Shown here: piece after piece, positions 46,264 to 59,100 of the stretch
How the letters are laid out: every line of letters starts with the position of its first letter
Position numbering within the stretch: the first letter of the stretch is position 1
Assembly: GCA_964019425.1 (NCBI GenBank)
Contig: OZ025786.1
Location: forward strand, 992,001 to 1,056,000
DNA length: 64,000 nucleotides
Reading direction: 5' to 3'
Source: Flectonema sp. DT1601
Taxonomy: Eukaryota
The notes under the pieces: generated by a model
Told to the model about the DNA's origin: nothing
The model's database searches: none
What the model saw: the letters and a program-made list of their open reading frames with translations, nothing else
Made by a program: the position numbers and the translations under genes

Positions 46264-49200
46264 ATCACTATACATCTGTAGAGAAATACTAAAAAAGATA
46301 GAACCGAGTCGTCTATCTCATAAGACTTCGAGATTTTCGAAGCAATTCTTTTATACCAGTGAGGCAGCGTTTAAAAAAAAAAAAAACAGGAAGAATTTTC
46401 ACATTGTTTTTTTATGTATAGTCAAGGCAAGCTGCTTAAGTCATGAAAGGCCTCACTCATTCACTATAGAAAAAAAAGAAAAAAAAAAATTGGCATCCAC
46501 AAAATGCGAAACGAGGGGGAAGAAGAGAGCTTTGAGCCTGCAAATATTTTTTTTTGTAAAGCTGCTGTTGTGCGTTTAAAAAAAGGAAAACTTTTTTTTT
46601 CCAAAGAAATTGTGTTATAAAAAAGCGTGGCAGCTGCTGAGCAAAAAAAAAAAAAAAAAAATAAAGCGACCCTCGACCGTTGTTATGTTTGGAAGTGCCA
46701 TGCGATTTGTATAGTAGCATTATCAAAAAAAGAAAAAAGAATTACCCACTCTTAGTACCTCCCCCATATTCAGCAATCGCCTTTGTGTTATTAAGGGATA
46801 GGTTTCTTATAAACAGTTTTTTTTTTTTTTTCTTTCCCTTTCTTTCCCATTTCGTATTTTCTACTGTTTTTGACCATTTTTCTTTGTATTATTATGGTTT
46901 GTTATGTTTTTTTTTTTTTTTTTTTTTTGAAAGTGTTCCTTCCCTATGAAAAGGTTGTTTTGTCAAAAAAAAAAAAAAAAAATATTCTTTCTATTTGTGT
47001 CAGGGTTCTCGTTCAAAAAAAAAAAATTATCTTCTCTTCTCGTTATGAAATAAAAAACAGCACTTCAATCAACCAAACAAAAAAAGGAAAAACCCCCTCC
47101 TTGAATTCATAGCAATCGTTATGTCAATATGATACAATACAATGTGTATGTTACAAATGTAAACACAGTAATTAAAAAAAAAAAAAAAAAGCCAACAACA
47201 ATAAATCTCCCCCGAACTCGGTGTGGATATATAAAACTGAGATGGTATTATCCAAATCGGTTTATAGATTTGTAGAAAAATAAACTTCGGATTCAAACGA
47301 GTGACAGTTTTTTGAAATTGCCAACAGTTTAGTTGTTGTTTTTCAGAAGAGTCTCTCGAATCTTTTTGGGTTTTGTTTCCTCTCTTTATATAAAATAGTT
47401 AAATTAAAGGGAAAAAAAAAAAAAAAAAAATCATCGTAGTTTGTGTGATTATGGATTCCATTCAATTTGTGAACTAAATTATTTTATCTTCATCTCAAAA
47501 CAGATGAGATAGACATCGGTAATCTTTCGTTATTTTTCCCTCTTTTTTTTTTCTGTCAAGCTCCATTTATTATTTGTTTGCTTGAAAAGGCAAATCCTAT
47601 TTTTCCTTTTCCTTTCCCTTTTTTTTTTTAAAACCCAAAGGACCACGAAGACCACGTTAAAAACCCATTTTTTTTTTGGCTGTTTTGAAAAAATGGACAA
47701 AAGGAGAAAGGTGTGTGGGTATGACTTGATAAGTGGCAGGTGACGGACCCGCATCCACAAGAACACCAAACCTACTCCCAAGTATTGAACATTACTTTGT
47801 GTGTTTTCGCATTTTTTCGGATTCTTTTAGGCCCACTGGGTGAGAACTTGGGTGTATTTTCAACGCGCGGGTAAGGGGCTTCCTCTTAACTTTTTTTTGA
47901 TGGTTTAGTGTTGTGCGTGAAAAAAGTATCTAAAAAGGTATCCTGATGGGACGCAGATGTTGTCGACTTACCAAGATTTTCGTGGTGCTCACCAAAACAG
48001 GGATCTTCACACATTTGGAGCAAATAACGTCCTCACTCTCGTTTGATTCACTGTTGGAGTGGTCACCCACCTGGCAGTGTTGTATCTGTATGAGAGTTAT
48101 TTTTCATGTGAGGGTTTATGTTCCCTGGCTAACAAGTTGAGTTGTGAGTTTGTTTTTGGGGAAATTAGTCGGTCTTCTCCCCGCACTTCTTGAGGAGTGT
48201 GAACACATTGAGGATAGAAGTCTCCAGTAAGTACTTAAAGGGTTTGAATGCTCTGCCTACCCGAACCCTGACGATATCCGCTGATGTATACGACGAGCTG
48301 AATGTAGGAATATATATTCACTACTACTTATGTATCCCATTGTTGAGATCCTTGACCCTTCAGGAGCTTTCTTTAGATGCATCACCCAACCTATTCCGAG
48401 ACAGCACCGAGAATCCTTTTTGCGAGATTTGCACACCAAAGTCATTTTTCCCCTTTGCCAAAAAAATAAATTTTCTCCAAAGCCATACATAGCGATTGGG
48501 TGTTTTTAGGGTTAAAAATATTTTTGTATTATCATGCGGGGAGGTTGCCGTATTATATCTCTCTATTTTATATATTTTTTTTCTCATATTTTGTTCCGTC
48601 TCCGAACTCGATGTGTTTTCTTTTTTTTAATCATGAAGTTGTTTGTTTTGACAATGAGGGGGAAAAAGATATTTAAATCTAGTCGACCTTGATTGTGTCC
48701 GACAGTATTCTACTGACCCCTCATCGATTTTGATTTTAATGTCCTGATTTCAGGCAAAGTACTCCAGTTAGTTTAATTGGCAAGTTTGTTCTTTTCTTTT
48801 TTTTTCATTTTCTTTTTTAAAAATTACCCCGTACAATATTGCACTCTTAGTTGTAGACTGGAAGGGTTATTTTTTTTCATGTTCACTACTGATTCACTAC
48901 AGCGGGAGGCACTGCCGAACTATTTTTTTTGGTAAAAGTGTCACCACACTGGATTTTTCATTTTTTTTCTTGCTTCCTTCTGCATTGTTTTTTTTTTTTT
49001 TTTTTTTTTTTTTTTTGATCCCTTTTAAGGGGATTATTTTTGTTTTAAACAGCAGATTTGATAAAAAAAAAAAATATTTTCGACCTTCCTGAAGGACGCA
49101 GGAAACAACGAAAAAACAAAAAAGGAAAAGTATGAGGCAGCTGGCAGCCTCGAACAAAAAAGCCAACGGAAGAAAAAATAAAAAGATCAACTGCCATGTA

Positions 49201-49566
49201 CATTTTCATATTGTTATGTTTTTTTCTTTCTTCCTTGCTTTGTGATTTGCTTCCCCATTCCCCTTCAATAAAAACTTACCCCTTCGCTCGGACACGTCAC
49301 CAAACTGACGGAAAGGGCAGTGAAATAATTTCAAAAAAACGAAATAAAAAAAACAAATTCTAAACGAGAAGAGGAAAAAAAAGAACAAGAAGAATTCCGA
49401 CTTTGAGGTCTGGCTGTTTTGTTTGTCGTTGCACAAAGCTACGTTGTTGTTGTTTTTTTGATTATTTGTTTATTCATTCACTTTTTTTTTTCCCTCCCTT
49501 CAAAACATCAATAAAAGATCCCAGAAAAACACTACAGTGTACGAGATAATTGTGTCACAATAAAAG

Positions 49567-50925
49567 ATGCTTCTTATAAATAGAACTGCCAGAAGGTTCG
49601 CAACTCACTCCGCCCCATGGATGAAAGGAAAACCTGCAAACATATACAAAAAACAAGAACATCCGAAAAAGAACATCACCCCAGGATTAGTCTTGTTGAT
49701 GACCGGAACGATGGGAAGCCTTCGCTCTGGAAGACTTTCGTTGATAAATATTCCTCAAGAAATTCGTGAAAAAAAATTAAAGAAAATGAAATGTGGATTC
49801 GATCACGCCATTATACTTCACGATGACTGTTCAATAACAAGTTTGGGTGATAATAGAAAAGGACAATCCTTTGCTCCAGATCCACTACATTCTGGGTTTT
49901 ATCATTTCACAGCAAATCATGATGTGGATACTATTTCGTGTGGAGCTAGATTCACATTTATATACAAAAAGGGAACTAGAAAATGTAGAATTGCAGGTCA
50001 CAATGAGTTCCATCAGTTATTTCATTCATCTCAACAAGATTTCTCAACGGATTCTCCATCAAAAACTTTTGGAATTGAGTGGAATCCAGAGATTCCTGTT
50101 TTTGAAGGAGGTTTTAATCAAATTAGTTGCGGTACCAATCATACCCTAGTACTAATGGAATCAGGTGCTGTATATGCATTCGGATGTAACCTTGATGGAC
50201 AATTAGGAACTGGTACCACCACCAGTCATAATTATCCATATTCACCAAAGTTTTGGGGATCTCATCAAATTAATAAACCTGTATTGCTGCATGCTGGTCA
50301 TGGTTGTTCGTTATTTATTGGGACTGATGGTAAACTTTTTGGTTGTGGAAAAAAAGATGAAGGAAGAATTGGCCTCTCTTGGGATCCGACAAAACCAGTT
50401 CAACTACTGCCAGCTGTTGTACCTCTTGAAAAAGACATTGAAATTAAAAATATATCTTCAGGGTTGTCACACTGTACGATAATAAATAAATCAGGGCAGT
50501 GGTACACTTTTGGAGGATCTCAGAAATTAGGAACAGCACCAGCAATGATAAAAGATAGCGCTGATCACACAACACCTTGGACACATCAAGCTCATTCGAA
50601 ACTATCATTCAGAGCTGATAAGCTTCGAGAAGTAGTAGTTTTTCCTGATAATAAAAACACTCCAACCCCAGTGAAATCATTGTCTTCAGGGAAATTCCAT
50701 ACCGTGGGTAGGACACAATGTGGATCTGTTTGGTGTTCTGGTTGGGGAGGTGATTCTCAATTGTCTTCAGAGAATGCAGACCTCCCTTCCAATAGTCGAG
50801 TTCTGCTGCATCAAAATAAAGACATTGTTGCCGCTGAGGCGAGCGGTTCAGGAACAATTATCGCCATCAACGCTACTGAGAGTACTTCTCCGAGCTGGAC
50901 TAATTTACCAACTATAACTATATAG
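49567..50925 (+). CDS. RCC1-repeat beta-propeller protein, probably mitochondrial
   Basis: Repeats such as ISCGTNHTLVLMESGAVYAFGCNLDGQLG, ISSGLSHC and LSSGKFHT. Short Arg-rich presequence-like MLLINRTARRFATH. Confidence 0.85.
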   Translation: MLLINRTARRFATHSAPWMKGKPANIYKKQEHPKKNITPGLVLLMTGTMGSLRSGRLSLINIPQEIREKKLKKMKCGFDHAIILHDDCSITSLGDNRKGQSFAPDPLHSGFYHFTANHDVDTISCGARFTFIYKKGTRKCRIAGHNEFHQLFHSSQQDFSTDSPSKTFGIEWNPEIPVFEGGFNQISCGTNHTLVLMESGAVYAFGCNLDGQLGTGTTTSHNYPYSPKFWGSHQINKPVLLHAGHGCSLFIGTDGKLFGCGKKDEGRIGLSWDPTKPVQLLPAVVPLEKDIEIKNISSGLSHCTIINKSGQWYTFGGSQKLGTAPAMIKDSADHTTPWTHQAHSKLSFRADKLREVVVFPDNKNTPTPVKSLSSGKFHTVGRTQCGSVWCSGWGGDSQLSSENADLPSNSRVLLHQNKDIVAAEASGSGTIIAINATESTSPSWTNLPTITI

Positions 50926-51065
50926 ATGATGTTCTAGTTGGGAAGCCAAGTTATGCTGAGCAATGTGATCGCTTCTGAGTGAGTCTGAGTGGGTTCACTT
51001 GTTTTTTTTAACCACAATTGTAATTCTCAAGTAAATTATTTTTCTTCTCGAAGGTATTATCAAAA

Positions 51066-51781
51066 ATGGGTCGTCGTCCAGCCAAGTGCTACAGGTTCTG
51101 TAAGAACAAGCCATACCCAAAGTCCCGATTCTGTCGTGGTGTACCTGACGCAAAGATCAGAGCTTTCGAGACCGGTAGAAAGAGAGCTGACGCTGATGAG
51201 TTCCCAGCATGCGTTCACGTAATTTCCATGGAAAAGGAACAGTTGTCCTCCGAGTGCCTGGAAGCTGCCCGTATTGCTGCCAACAAGTACATGGTTAAGT
51301 CATGTGGTAAGGACGCCTTCCATCTTCGTATCCGTGTTCACCCTTACCACGTTTTGAGAATTAACAAAATGTTGTCATGTGCTGGAGCGGATAGACTTCA
51401 AACTGGTATGAGAGGAGCGTTCGGTAAGGCTCACGGTACCGCTGCCCGTGTAAAGATTGGTCAAATCATTTTGTCGATCCGTACCAGAGAGCAGTTTGAG
51501 GGACTTGCCACTGAGGCTCTTCGTCGTGCCAAGTTCAAGTTCGCTGGACGCCAATTGGTCTTGACTTCCCACAAATGGGGATTCACCCACGCCATCAAGG
51601 AGACCTACAAGGTATGTTGTTTATTCATTTCTCCTTCTTGTGGTTCCCAATCGAAATATTCCTTATTAACCAACCCCACCAACAGGAGAAGATGGGAGAC
51701 AAGACCCTTCTCTACGATGGTTCCTACAGCAAGCCTGCTAAGAGACACGGAGTTATCACCGCAAGAAACTGCTTCGGATAA
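51066..51781 (+). CDS. RPL10: 60S ribosomal protein L10 (uL16), copy 1
   Basis: [10 protein letters not shown]...[23 protein letters not shown]. Exons 51066-51611 and 51686-51781 give 213 aa. Confidence 0.97.
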
Positions 51782-51958
51782 GAATAAAGGGTGAACTTCT
51801 CTTTTAGTTTTTGGTACTTACTGCTGTTGTCTTTTTTCTTTGCTGGGATGACGAATGAAAAAAAAAAAAAAGTGAAAAAAAAATAAAATAAAGTAAACAT
51901 GGAAAGCCTCCTATGAATTTCTTTATCACTCAATTTGCAGTCTCTGCTTAACAAGAAA

Positions 51959-52674
51959 ATGGGTCGTCGTCCAGCCAAGTGCTACAGGTTCTGTAAGAAC
52001 AAGCCATACCCAAAGTCCCGATTCTGTCGTGGTGTACCTGACGCAAAGATCAGAGCTTTCGAGACCGGTAGAAAGAGAGCTGACGCTGATGAGTTCCCAG
52101 CATGCGTTCACGTAATTTCCATGGAAAAGGAACAGTTGTCCTCCGAGTGCCTGGAAGCTGCCCGTATTGCTGCCAACAAGTACATGGTTAAGTCATGTGG
52201 TAAGGACGCCTTCCATCTTCGTATCCGTGTTCACCCTTACCACGTTTTGAGAATTAACAAAATGTTGTCATGTGCTGGAGCGGATAGACTTCAAACTGGT
52301 ATGAGAGGAGCGTTCGGTAAGGCTCACGGTACCGCTGCCCGTGTAAAGATTGGTCAAATCATTTTGTCGATCCGTACCAGAGAGCAGTTTGAGGGACTTG
52401 CCACTGAGGCTCTTCGTCGTGCCAAGTTCAAGTTCGCTGGACGCCAATTGGTCTTGACTTCCCACAAATGGGGATTCACCCACGCCATCAAGGAGACCTA
52501 CAAGGTATGTTGTTTATTCATTTCTCCTTCTTGTGGTTCCCAATCGTAATATTCCTTATTAACCAACCCCACCAACAGGAGAAGATGGGAGACAAGACCC
52601 TTCTCTACGATGGTTCCTACAGCAAGCCTGCTAAGAGACACGGAGTTATCACCGCAAGAAACTGCTTCGGATAA
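51959..52674 (+). CDS. RPL10: 60S ribosomal protein L10 (uL16), copy 2
   Basis: Exons 51959-52504 and 52579-52674; same protein as copy 1. Confidence 0.97.
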
Positions 52675-52963
52675 ATATTTTGTTTTTCCTTTTCTTGTTG
52701 CAGCTGGCCATAGGACTGCTCACTAGTGTTTCGTAATCACATCCGCCTGTCTTGCAGGTCATCACTCGAACGGATGGAAGGGAAAAAAAAAAGAAAGTTA
52801 TATTGACATGAGTTGCTTAGCCGAGGAGAAGTTTGTTTTTCACATTTATATTTTCTCACTAAGGCTAACAATTGATTGTGATGTAATCCTGCGTAGGCTG
52901 GTGAATAGATCTGTCTTGATTTTCTTTACATTTATTTCATTCTTTCAGTTTTCGTAACTCAAA

Positions 52964-53682
52964 ATGGGTCGTCGTCCAGCCAAGTGCTACAGGTTCTGTA
53001 AGAACAAGCCATACCCAAAGTCCCGATTCTGTCGTGGTGTACCTGACGCAAAGATCAGAGCTTTCGAGACCGGTAGAAAGAGAGCTGACGCTGATGAGTT
53101 CCCAGCATGCGTTCACGTAATTTCCATGGAAAAGGAACAGTTGTCCTCCGAGTGCCTGGAAGCTGCCCGTATTGCTGCCAACAAGTACATGGTCAAGTCA
53201 TGTGGTAAGGACGCCTTCCATCTTCGTATCCGTGTTCACCCTTACCACGTTTTGAGAATTAACAAAATGTTGTCATGTGCTGGAGCGGATAGACTTCAAA
53301 CTGGTATGAGAGGAGCGTTCGGTAAGGCTCACGGTACCGCTGCCCGTGTAAAGATTGGTCAAATCATTTTGTCGATCCGTACCAGAGAGCAGTTTGAGGG
53401 ACTTGCCACTGAGGCTCTTCGTCGTGCCAAGTTCAAGTTCGCTGGACGTCAATTGGTCTTGACTTCCCACAAATGGGGATTCACCCACGCCATCAAGGAG
53501 ACCTACAAGGTATGTTGTTTATTCATTTCTTCGTCTTGTGGTTCCTCCCAATCGTAATATTTCTTATTAACCAACCCCACCAACAGGAGAAGATGGGAGA
53601 CAAGACCCTTCTCTACGATGGTTCCTACAGCAAGCCTGCTAAGAGACACGGAGTTATCACCGCAAGAAACTGCTTCGGATAA
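52964..53682 (+). CDS. RPL10: 60S ribosomal protein L10 (uL16), copy 3
   Basis: Exons 52964-53509 and 53587-53682 (77 nt intron). Confidence 0.97.
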
Positions 53683-53858
53683 AAATAACAATTCTCGCTT
53701 ATTTTTACAAGTGTGTCGCGTGCTGGAAGGACTGAAACCCATTTTTCTAATAAAATGAGAAAAAGAAGAACTCGATGAAGGTTTCAAGTGTGCCTCTATG
53801 AAAAAAAAAATCATTAAAGTTTTAGCGTTCTACAAAACCTTTTGAATTTATATTCTCA

Positions 53859-53897
53859 CCCCTTCAGGACACTCCTTCAGGACACCCCTTCAGGACA
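53859..53897 (+). repeat. 12 bp tandem repeat (ccttcaggaca-containing) x3
   Basis: ccccttcaggaca ctccttcaggaca ccccttcaggaca in the third RPL10 spacer. Confidence 0.75.
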
Positions 53898-54047
53898 ACT
53901 GTGGAGACAACTACAGCCAACCAGCCTAAAACAGTACCACTAATTGAATAAAGAGATATGATTGTTTGAGAGGATTCTTTTAAGTTCCCGTTCGGTGCGA
54001 AACGCCTCAAAAAATATCAATTTCCCCCTCAGCCGCTCAGTCCAAAA

Positions 54048-54763
54048 ATGGGTCGTCGTCCAGCCAAGTGCTACAGGTTCTGTAAGAACAAGCCATACCC
54101 AAAGTCCCGATTCTGTCGTGGTGTACCTGACGCAAAGATCAGAGCTTTCGAGACCGGTAGAAAGAGAGCTGACGCTGATGAGTTCCCAGCATGCGTTCAC
54201 GTAATTTCCATGGAAAAGGAACAGTTGTCCTCCGAGTGCCTGGAAGCTGCCCGTATTGCTGCCAACAAGTACATGGTTAAGTCATGTGGTAAGGACGCCT
54301 TCCATCTTCGTATCCGTGTTCACCCTTACCACGTTTTGAGAATTAACAAAATGTTGTCATGTGCTGGAGCGGATAGACTTCAAACTGGTATGAGAGGAGC
54401 GTTCGGTAAGGCTCACGGTACCGCTGCCCGTGTAAAGATTGGTCAAATCATTTTGTCGATCCGTACCAGAGAGCAGTTTGAGGGACTTGCCACTGAGGCT
54501 CTTCGTCGTGCCAAGTTCAAGTTCGCTGGACGTCAATTGGTCTTGACTTCCCACAAATGGGGATTCACCCACGCCATCAAGGAGACCTACAAGGTATGTT
54601 GTTTATTCATTTCTTCGTCTTGTGGTTCCCAATCGTAATATTTCTTATTAACCAACCCCACCAACAGGAGAAGATGGGAGACAAGACCCTTCTCTATGAT
54701 GGTTCCTACAGCAAGCCTGCTAAGAGACACGGAGTTATCACCGCAAGAAACTGCTTCGGATAA
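54048..54763 (+). CDS. RPL10: 60S ribosomal protein L10 (uL16), copy 4
   Basis: Exons 54048-54593 and 54668-54763. Confidence 0.97.
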
Positions 54764-55134
54764 ATTCACTATTTCTTTTTGAAGTAGTCCCCGTAGATGG
54801 GACATAACAAATGACAAACATCAAAAAAAAAGTGAGGATGGGCGTAAGCGGCAAGGCTTCTTATTAAAATTGTTTTTTTTTTTTTTTGAAAAAGTTTTTT
54901 TTTCTTCCCCACAAAGGGAGTTAACCTAACCTGTACAATGGAAGAAGGTGTTTCTCGCTTAAGGAGAGGCGCCCATCGTTGTTGTATTCAGGTATATTTT
55001 TACTACAAAACAACGAGAAAAAAAAAAAAAAAAAAAAAAAAAAGGAGGAGAAAAAGAATGCCAAAAAGTTGTCAACAAGAATATCAATTTCTTAAATCCT
55101 TTTATCCCAACAAGACTCAAAGATAACATAAAAG

Positions 55135-55677
55135 ATGCCAGGCGTTGACAGCTTTCAGGGTAAATGGATCAACAAAGATGGTATCGTGCATGAAGTAGAA
55201 GGCTTTACAGTGAAATGTATTAATACTGGAGAGCAGACACAATTAGATTGCCCAACAGGTAACGTCGTATTACTGATGGGTGTTCCTGCATTACCAAAAA
55301 CCGAAGAAGGAGTACTGCGGTGGGGTGATGGCGATGTTTGGATGAGAGAGAGTCAACAACAGAATTCAATAAAAAGAGATCCGCTAACCAGAAACATATC
55401 CGATAGCATTCCTCGAAGTAATTTAATCGGATCTCCTTCAGGTGCTGTTCCGTCAACATCTGAGTTGTCATCTCCTCGTAGGTTTTATGTTGACTTTAGA
55501 TCAAAGTACGTTCCTCAACAAGGTTCGATTATCGCTGAAGAAAAGGAAGCAGAGCGATCCCGAGATGGTCTTGCTGTCGACAGTCACAGATACTACGTCA
55601 GGAAAGACTGCAGAGTTTGGGACAATCAGAATAGTCCAACGAGACTGAACAGACGTCCGAATCCTTATCGAGAGTAG
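55135..55677 (+). CDS. Hypothetical protein with a small N-terminal beta-rich domain (G.W...W.DGDVW.R)
   Basis: ATG-initiated 180-aa ORF of coding composition; FQGKWINKDG...LRWGDGDVWMRE then a disordered tail. Confidence 0.7.
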   Translation: MPGVDSFQGKWINKDGIVHEVEGFTVKCINTGEQTQLDCPTGNVVLLMGVPALPKTEEGVLRWGDGDVWMRESQQQNSIKRDPLTRNISDSIPRSNLIGSPSGAVPSTSELSSPRRFYVDFRSKYVPQQGSIIAEEKEAERSRDGLAVDSHRYYVRKDCRVWDNQNSPTRLNRRPNPYRE

Positions 55678-56155
55678 TTGCTTTTACCTATAAAGTGACC
55701 CTGTTTGTCGATCTTTACACGACAGTGAAATTATTATTCTGCAGTCAAATGTGTTCATCTTATTAATAAGAAGAAGCTCGTGATGATGGGATCTTCTCAG
55801 CTTAACCAATTTTAAAAACCAACGTTTGTGAAGAAAAATACACTTTATTCTGACCCCTCCCTCTGTTGTTGTATTGTATCTGAAAAAAAAAAAAAAAAAA
55901 AAGGAGAAGATAAATTTTTTTATTACGCGATTCCCCCATCCTGTAGCAGACATTCTTTTTTGTGTGATTTGTTACGTTACTGCAAAAAATAAATATTTCT
56001 TCATGGCAGGTGTTGATAGAAGAACCAAAGTGAGTAACTTGACGCTGTGTTCATTGTGTAGGTTTTTATATTATTATTATTCTCTCTAACAAGAACCCTC
56101 TATTGACTTAGTGTCTCCTCTCCCTATGATAATATCATTAAGTCAGATGATATAA

Positions 56156-59100
56156 ATGTCTACACATGATGCAATGACATTAGGAAGTAATACTATGAAA
56201 TCAGGTGAAGGTCAAATTAGAAAGATAATCGAAGGAATGACCCAACCTTTGCAAGCTCCTTCAGCAACGCTAACGCGGAGATTTGTCCGTTTGTTAGCAA
56301 ATCCGGAATTAGTTGATCAAACATACACTGCCTGTTTGGAACGTTGTAGAGATGAGGGTAGCGATGTAATGCTTTGTGGGACATTGTTGTTACGACAGTA
56401 CCTTCAATTAAATCCTCCGAGTCTTTCAATATGTCAGGCGATATTAATATTCGTAAGAGAGATGGCTCAAGTTTCTGATTCATCAGCCGTCACTCGATCC
56501 CTTCACAACTTAGAAAACGCAGTTGTCTCCCATTGCGAAGCCCTAACTGGTTCTGATGCAATCAAATGGAAGCAACATCATGAAGAAGTAGCTGGATCGA
56601 TATCGAGATGTAGTAGTAAAGGTTCGTTACACTCATCTCTGTCTGTAATTTCTCATAACACTCCGAGAGCCCATTCATCAATGACGATGAGAGGAGGTAG
56701 AGCTCGTCGAACTATTCAAGACTCACACGCCATAGCTGGTCCGTGTAGTAGATCAACTCTTGAGATTGAGGGATATTCTTATCTTCCTCCTTTTATTGGT
56801 TCTGGTTGGAAAGCCGCATCCAGACCATCAGCAGATGCTGATGACCAACTAACGAGTACAATAAATACACACACAGATCAAATAGATGATATTGATAACA
56901 ATTCAACTATCGCTAACAACATATCCTATGCTGGGGCATCCGTGGATTCATCGTCTTATGAACAACTCTTGCGAGGAGTCTTGGCAAGCCGTTCTGTTAA
57001 AGAAACCAATTTAAAACAACAAGAAGCTATCAATTCTTACCTTGGAAAATTAGGAGCAAAAGCTAAACGAAAAGGAGAAGCTCCGCTGTCAAGACGGCTG
57101 TTTCAGTTTCATTATTATAAAGAGCAAAGTCCTTTGAATATGCCGAGAGAAGATATTGATAAAATTATAACCAACTTATCATCAGTCCCAAGTAGTATCA
57201 GTGGTATGGGTCCAAGTATAGAAGAGAATGAATTATCTCAGAAGATTATGATAAAAGTATTATGCGATTCATTCGCGAGTCAAATTAAAACTGATTCGAT
57301 GGAATCTGTGAGGTTGACAACGTTCGTTACCCACAGCGTGATTCATAAGCTTGTGAGTTCTCCTTACATTTGCGTTCGGAGGATCGCTTTTTCAATTTTG
57401 CTAAATTTATCGGTTCACATCAACCTGTTAGATAATCAAAATTTCTTTAGTGAAAATGGGAATCAGAATGCCAGAAAGAATGTCTCCATCGTACACAATG
57501 AACTAGTTTGGATCATTCATGAAGTACTTCTCCAACTAGTTCAATGGGATGAAGAAGATGATTCAGTTTGGAGACACGCATGTATCTGTTGGATGACTTT
57601 AACGACTGATCCACTTCATGGATTCCCTTCAAGTAAGGTACTCGCTGAAGTCGACATCAGAGCGCTTCAAAGGTTCACAACATTAGCCAGCATTACTGCT
57701 GATGAGAATGTGTTGGGTGTTTTAGTTAAAATTATATATTCAGCGATGGTCATTCACAACAAACTTGATTCGGCAAAGTTGGAATCGTTTGGAGGATGGA
57801 GAGCTGTTGTTGATCTTTACCTCCAAGTTCATACCTGGTCTGGTCGTTTTTATTGTTTTCAACTTATCTATCTACACACTGCTGAACAGATGATGGCACA
57901 CAATGAACTTCGTACTATAGTTCCACCTGATCAAGAAAGGTTAGTACTTGACAATGTCGCACAGGAATTAGTACGATCTGATCTCCATTGGTATCTTGTC
58001 AACCTTTTTAGGTATCCTCTCGAGTTGGTTAATCTTTCTCACTATTTAATATCTGAAGGTCCCATGAGGGTGTGTAGTTTTCTTTTCGCATCTTTTTTTT
58101 TTTTTTTTTTTTTTCGAAAATTACCCAACACGGTTCTGAAAAGTAAGTCTAAATCTTATGAAGAAGAACAACAACAACAACAACAAACACACAGGAGGGA
58201 TATAATCGACATGTGGTACAGTCAGTAATGCAACACTTACAGAACCTTTCTCTTGAATATAATAAACTTCCAAAGTGTATCAGAGATGACATCAGAGGAA
58301 TGTTAGACGAACCAGACAGAATACCAGCAAGTCTAAGTCAAATAAAATCTCTGGCACAGACTAATGGTGAATGTCGAAGTGTTGATGTAGAGAATAGAAA
58401 CATAGCATCAGGATGGTTATTCGCTTTAACAAAACTAAGTATTGAAAGTTCTTCACAAACAGCTGGGATATCAACTCTTCGTGCTCAGATTGAAGGAACG
58501 TTAAATGAACTGGTGCAAGACCGATCATGGCAAACCCGACTTGTATTTCTGACTGTAACTGAAGCATACTTACTAGCGGTGAGATCAAAAGAGCCAGACG
58601 CCACTGTTGTTGTTGATAATTTATTTAAGCATTTGAAGGTTGTGTTACAAAGAACTGAAACACAGCCGCAGGTATGTTTTTTTAAAAAAGTCAATAAAAA
58701 AAAAAAAACGTGAACATAAACGACGACAACATAAAATATAACAAAAAAAAACAGGTTCTTCTAAAAGCTTTTTATATCATAGTCGACACTATTGGATTGT
58801 TTGTGAAGGAGTTGCCTACCCTACAACCCCGAGCTGATTCCGTAGCAGACATGCTTATTGGTGGTGCTTTTGAGGTATTTATATTATTCAGTTTGTATTG
58901 TGACGTACCTGTCATCGTAATATAATAATCTAAAACAGATCCCAAACGTGTTACTAATGAAAGTGAGAGTGAATCAAATGATGTTGTTATTCAACGGATT
59001 ACTGAGATGTGGTTCGAGGTTTCCGGGAGTACTAAAACCAGCACATGCTACGCTGTTAATTATTATCGCAGTCCTATCTCATGATTCTAGTAAAATAGAA

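Noticed and set aside
47946..48492. Possible small multi-exon or LRR-like gene
   Set aside because: Coding-like composition, but I could not build a consistent spliced ORF or recognise a family.
51575..51794. RPL10 frameshift/pseudogene or programmed frameshift
   Set aside because: A GTATGT..CAG intron in each copy restores a 213-aa protein.
55780..55853. C/D box snoRNA (GTGATGA...CTGA); similar pattern at 5018-5069
   Set aside because: No terminal stem or recognisable rRNA antisense element; the motifs are expected by chance.
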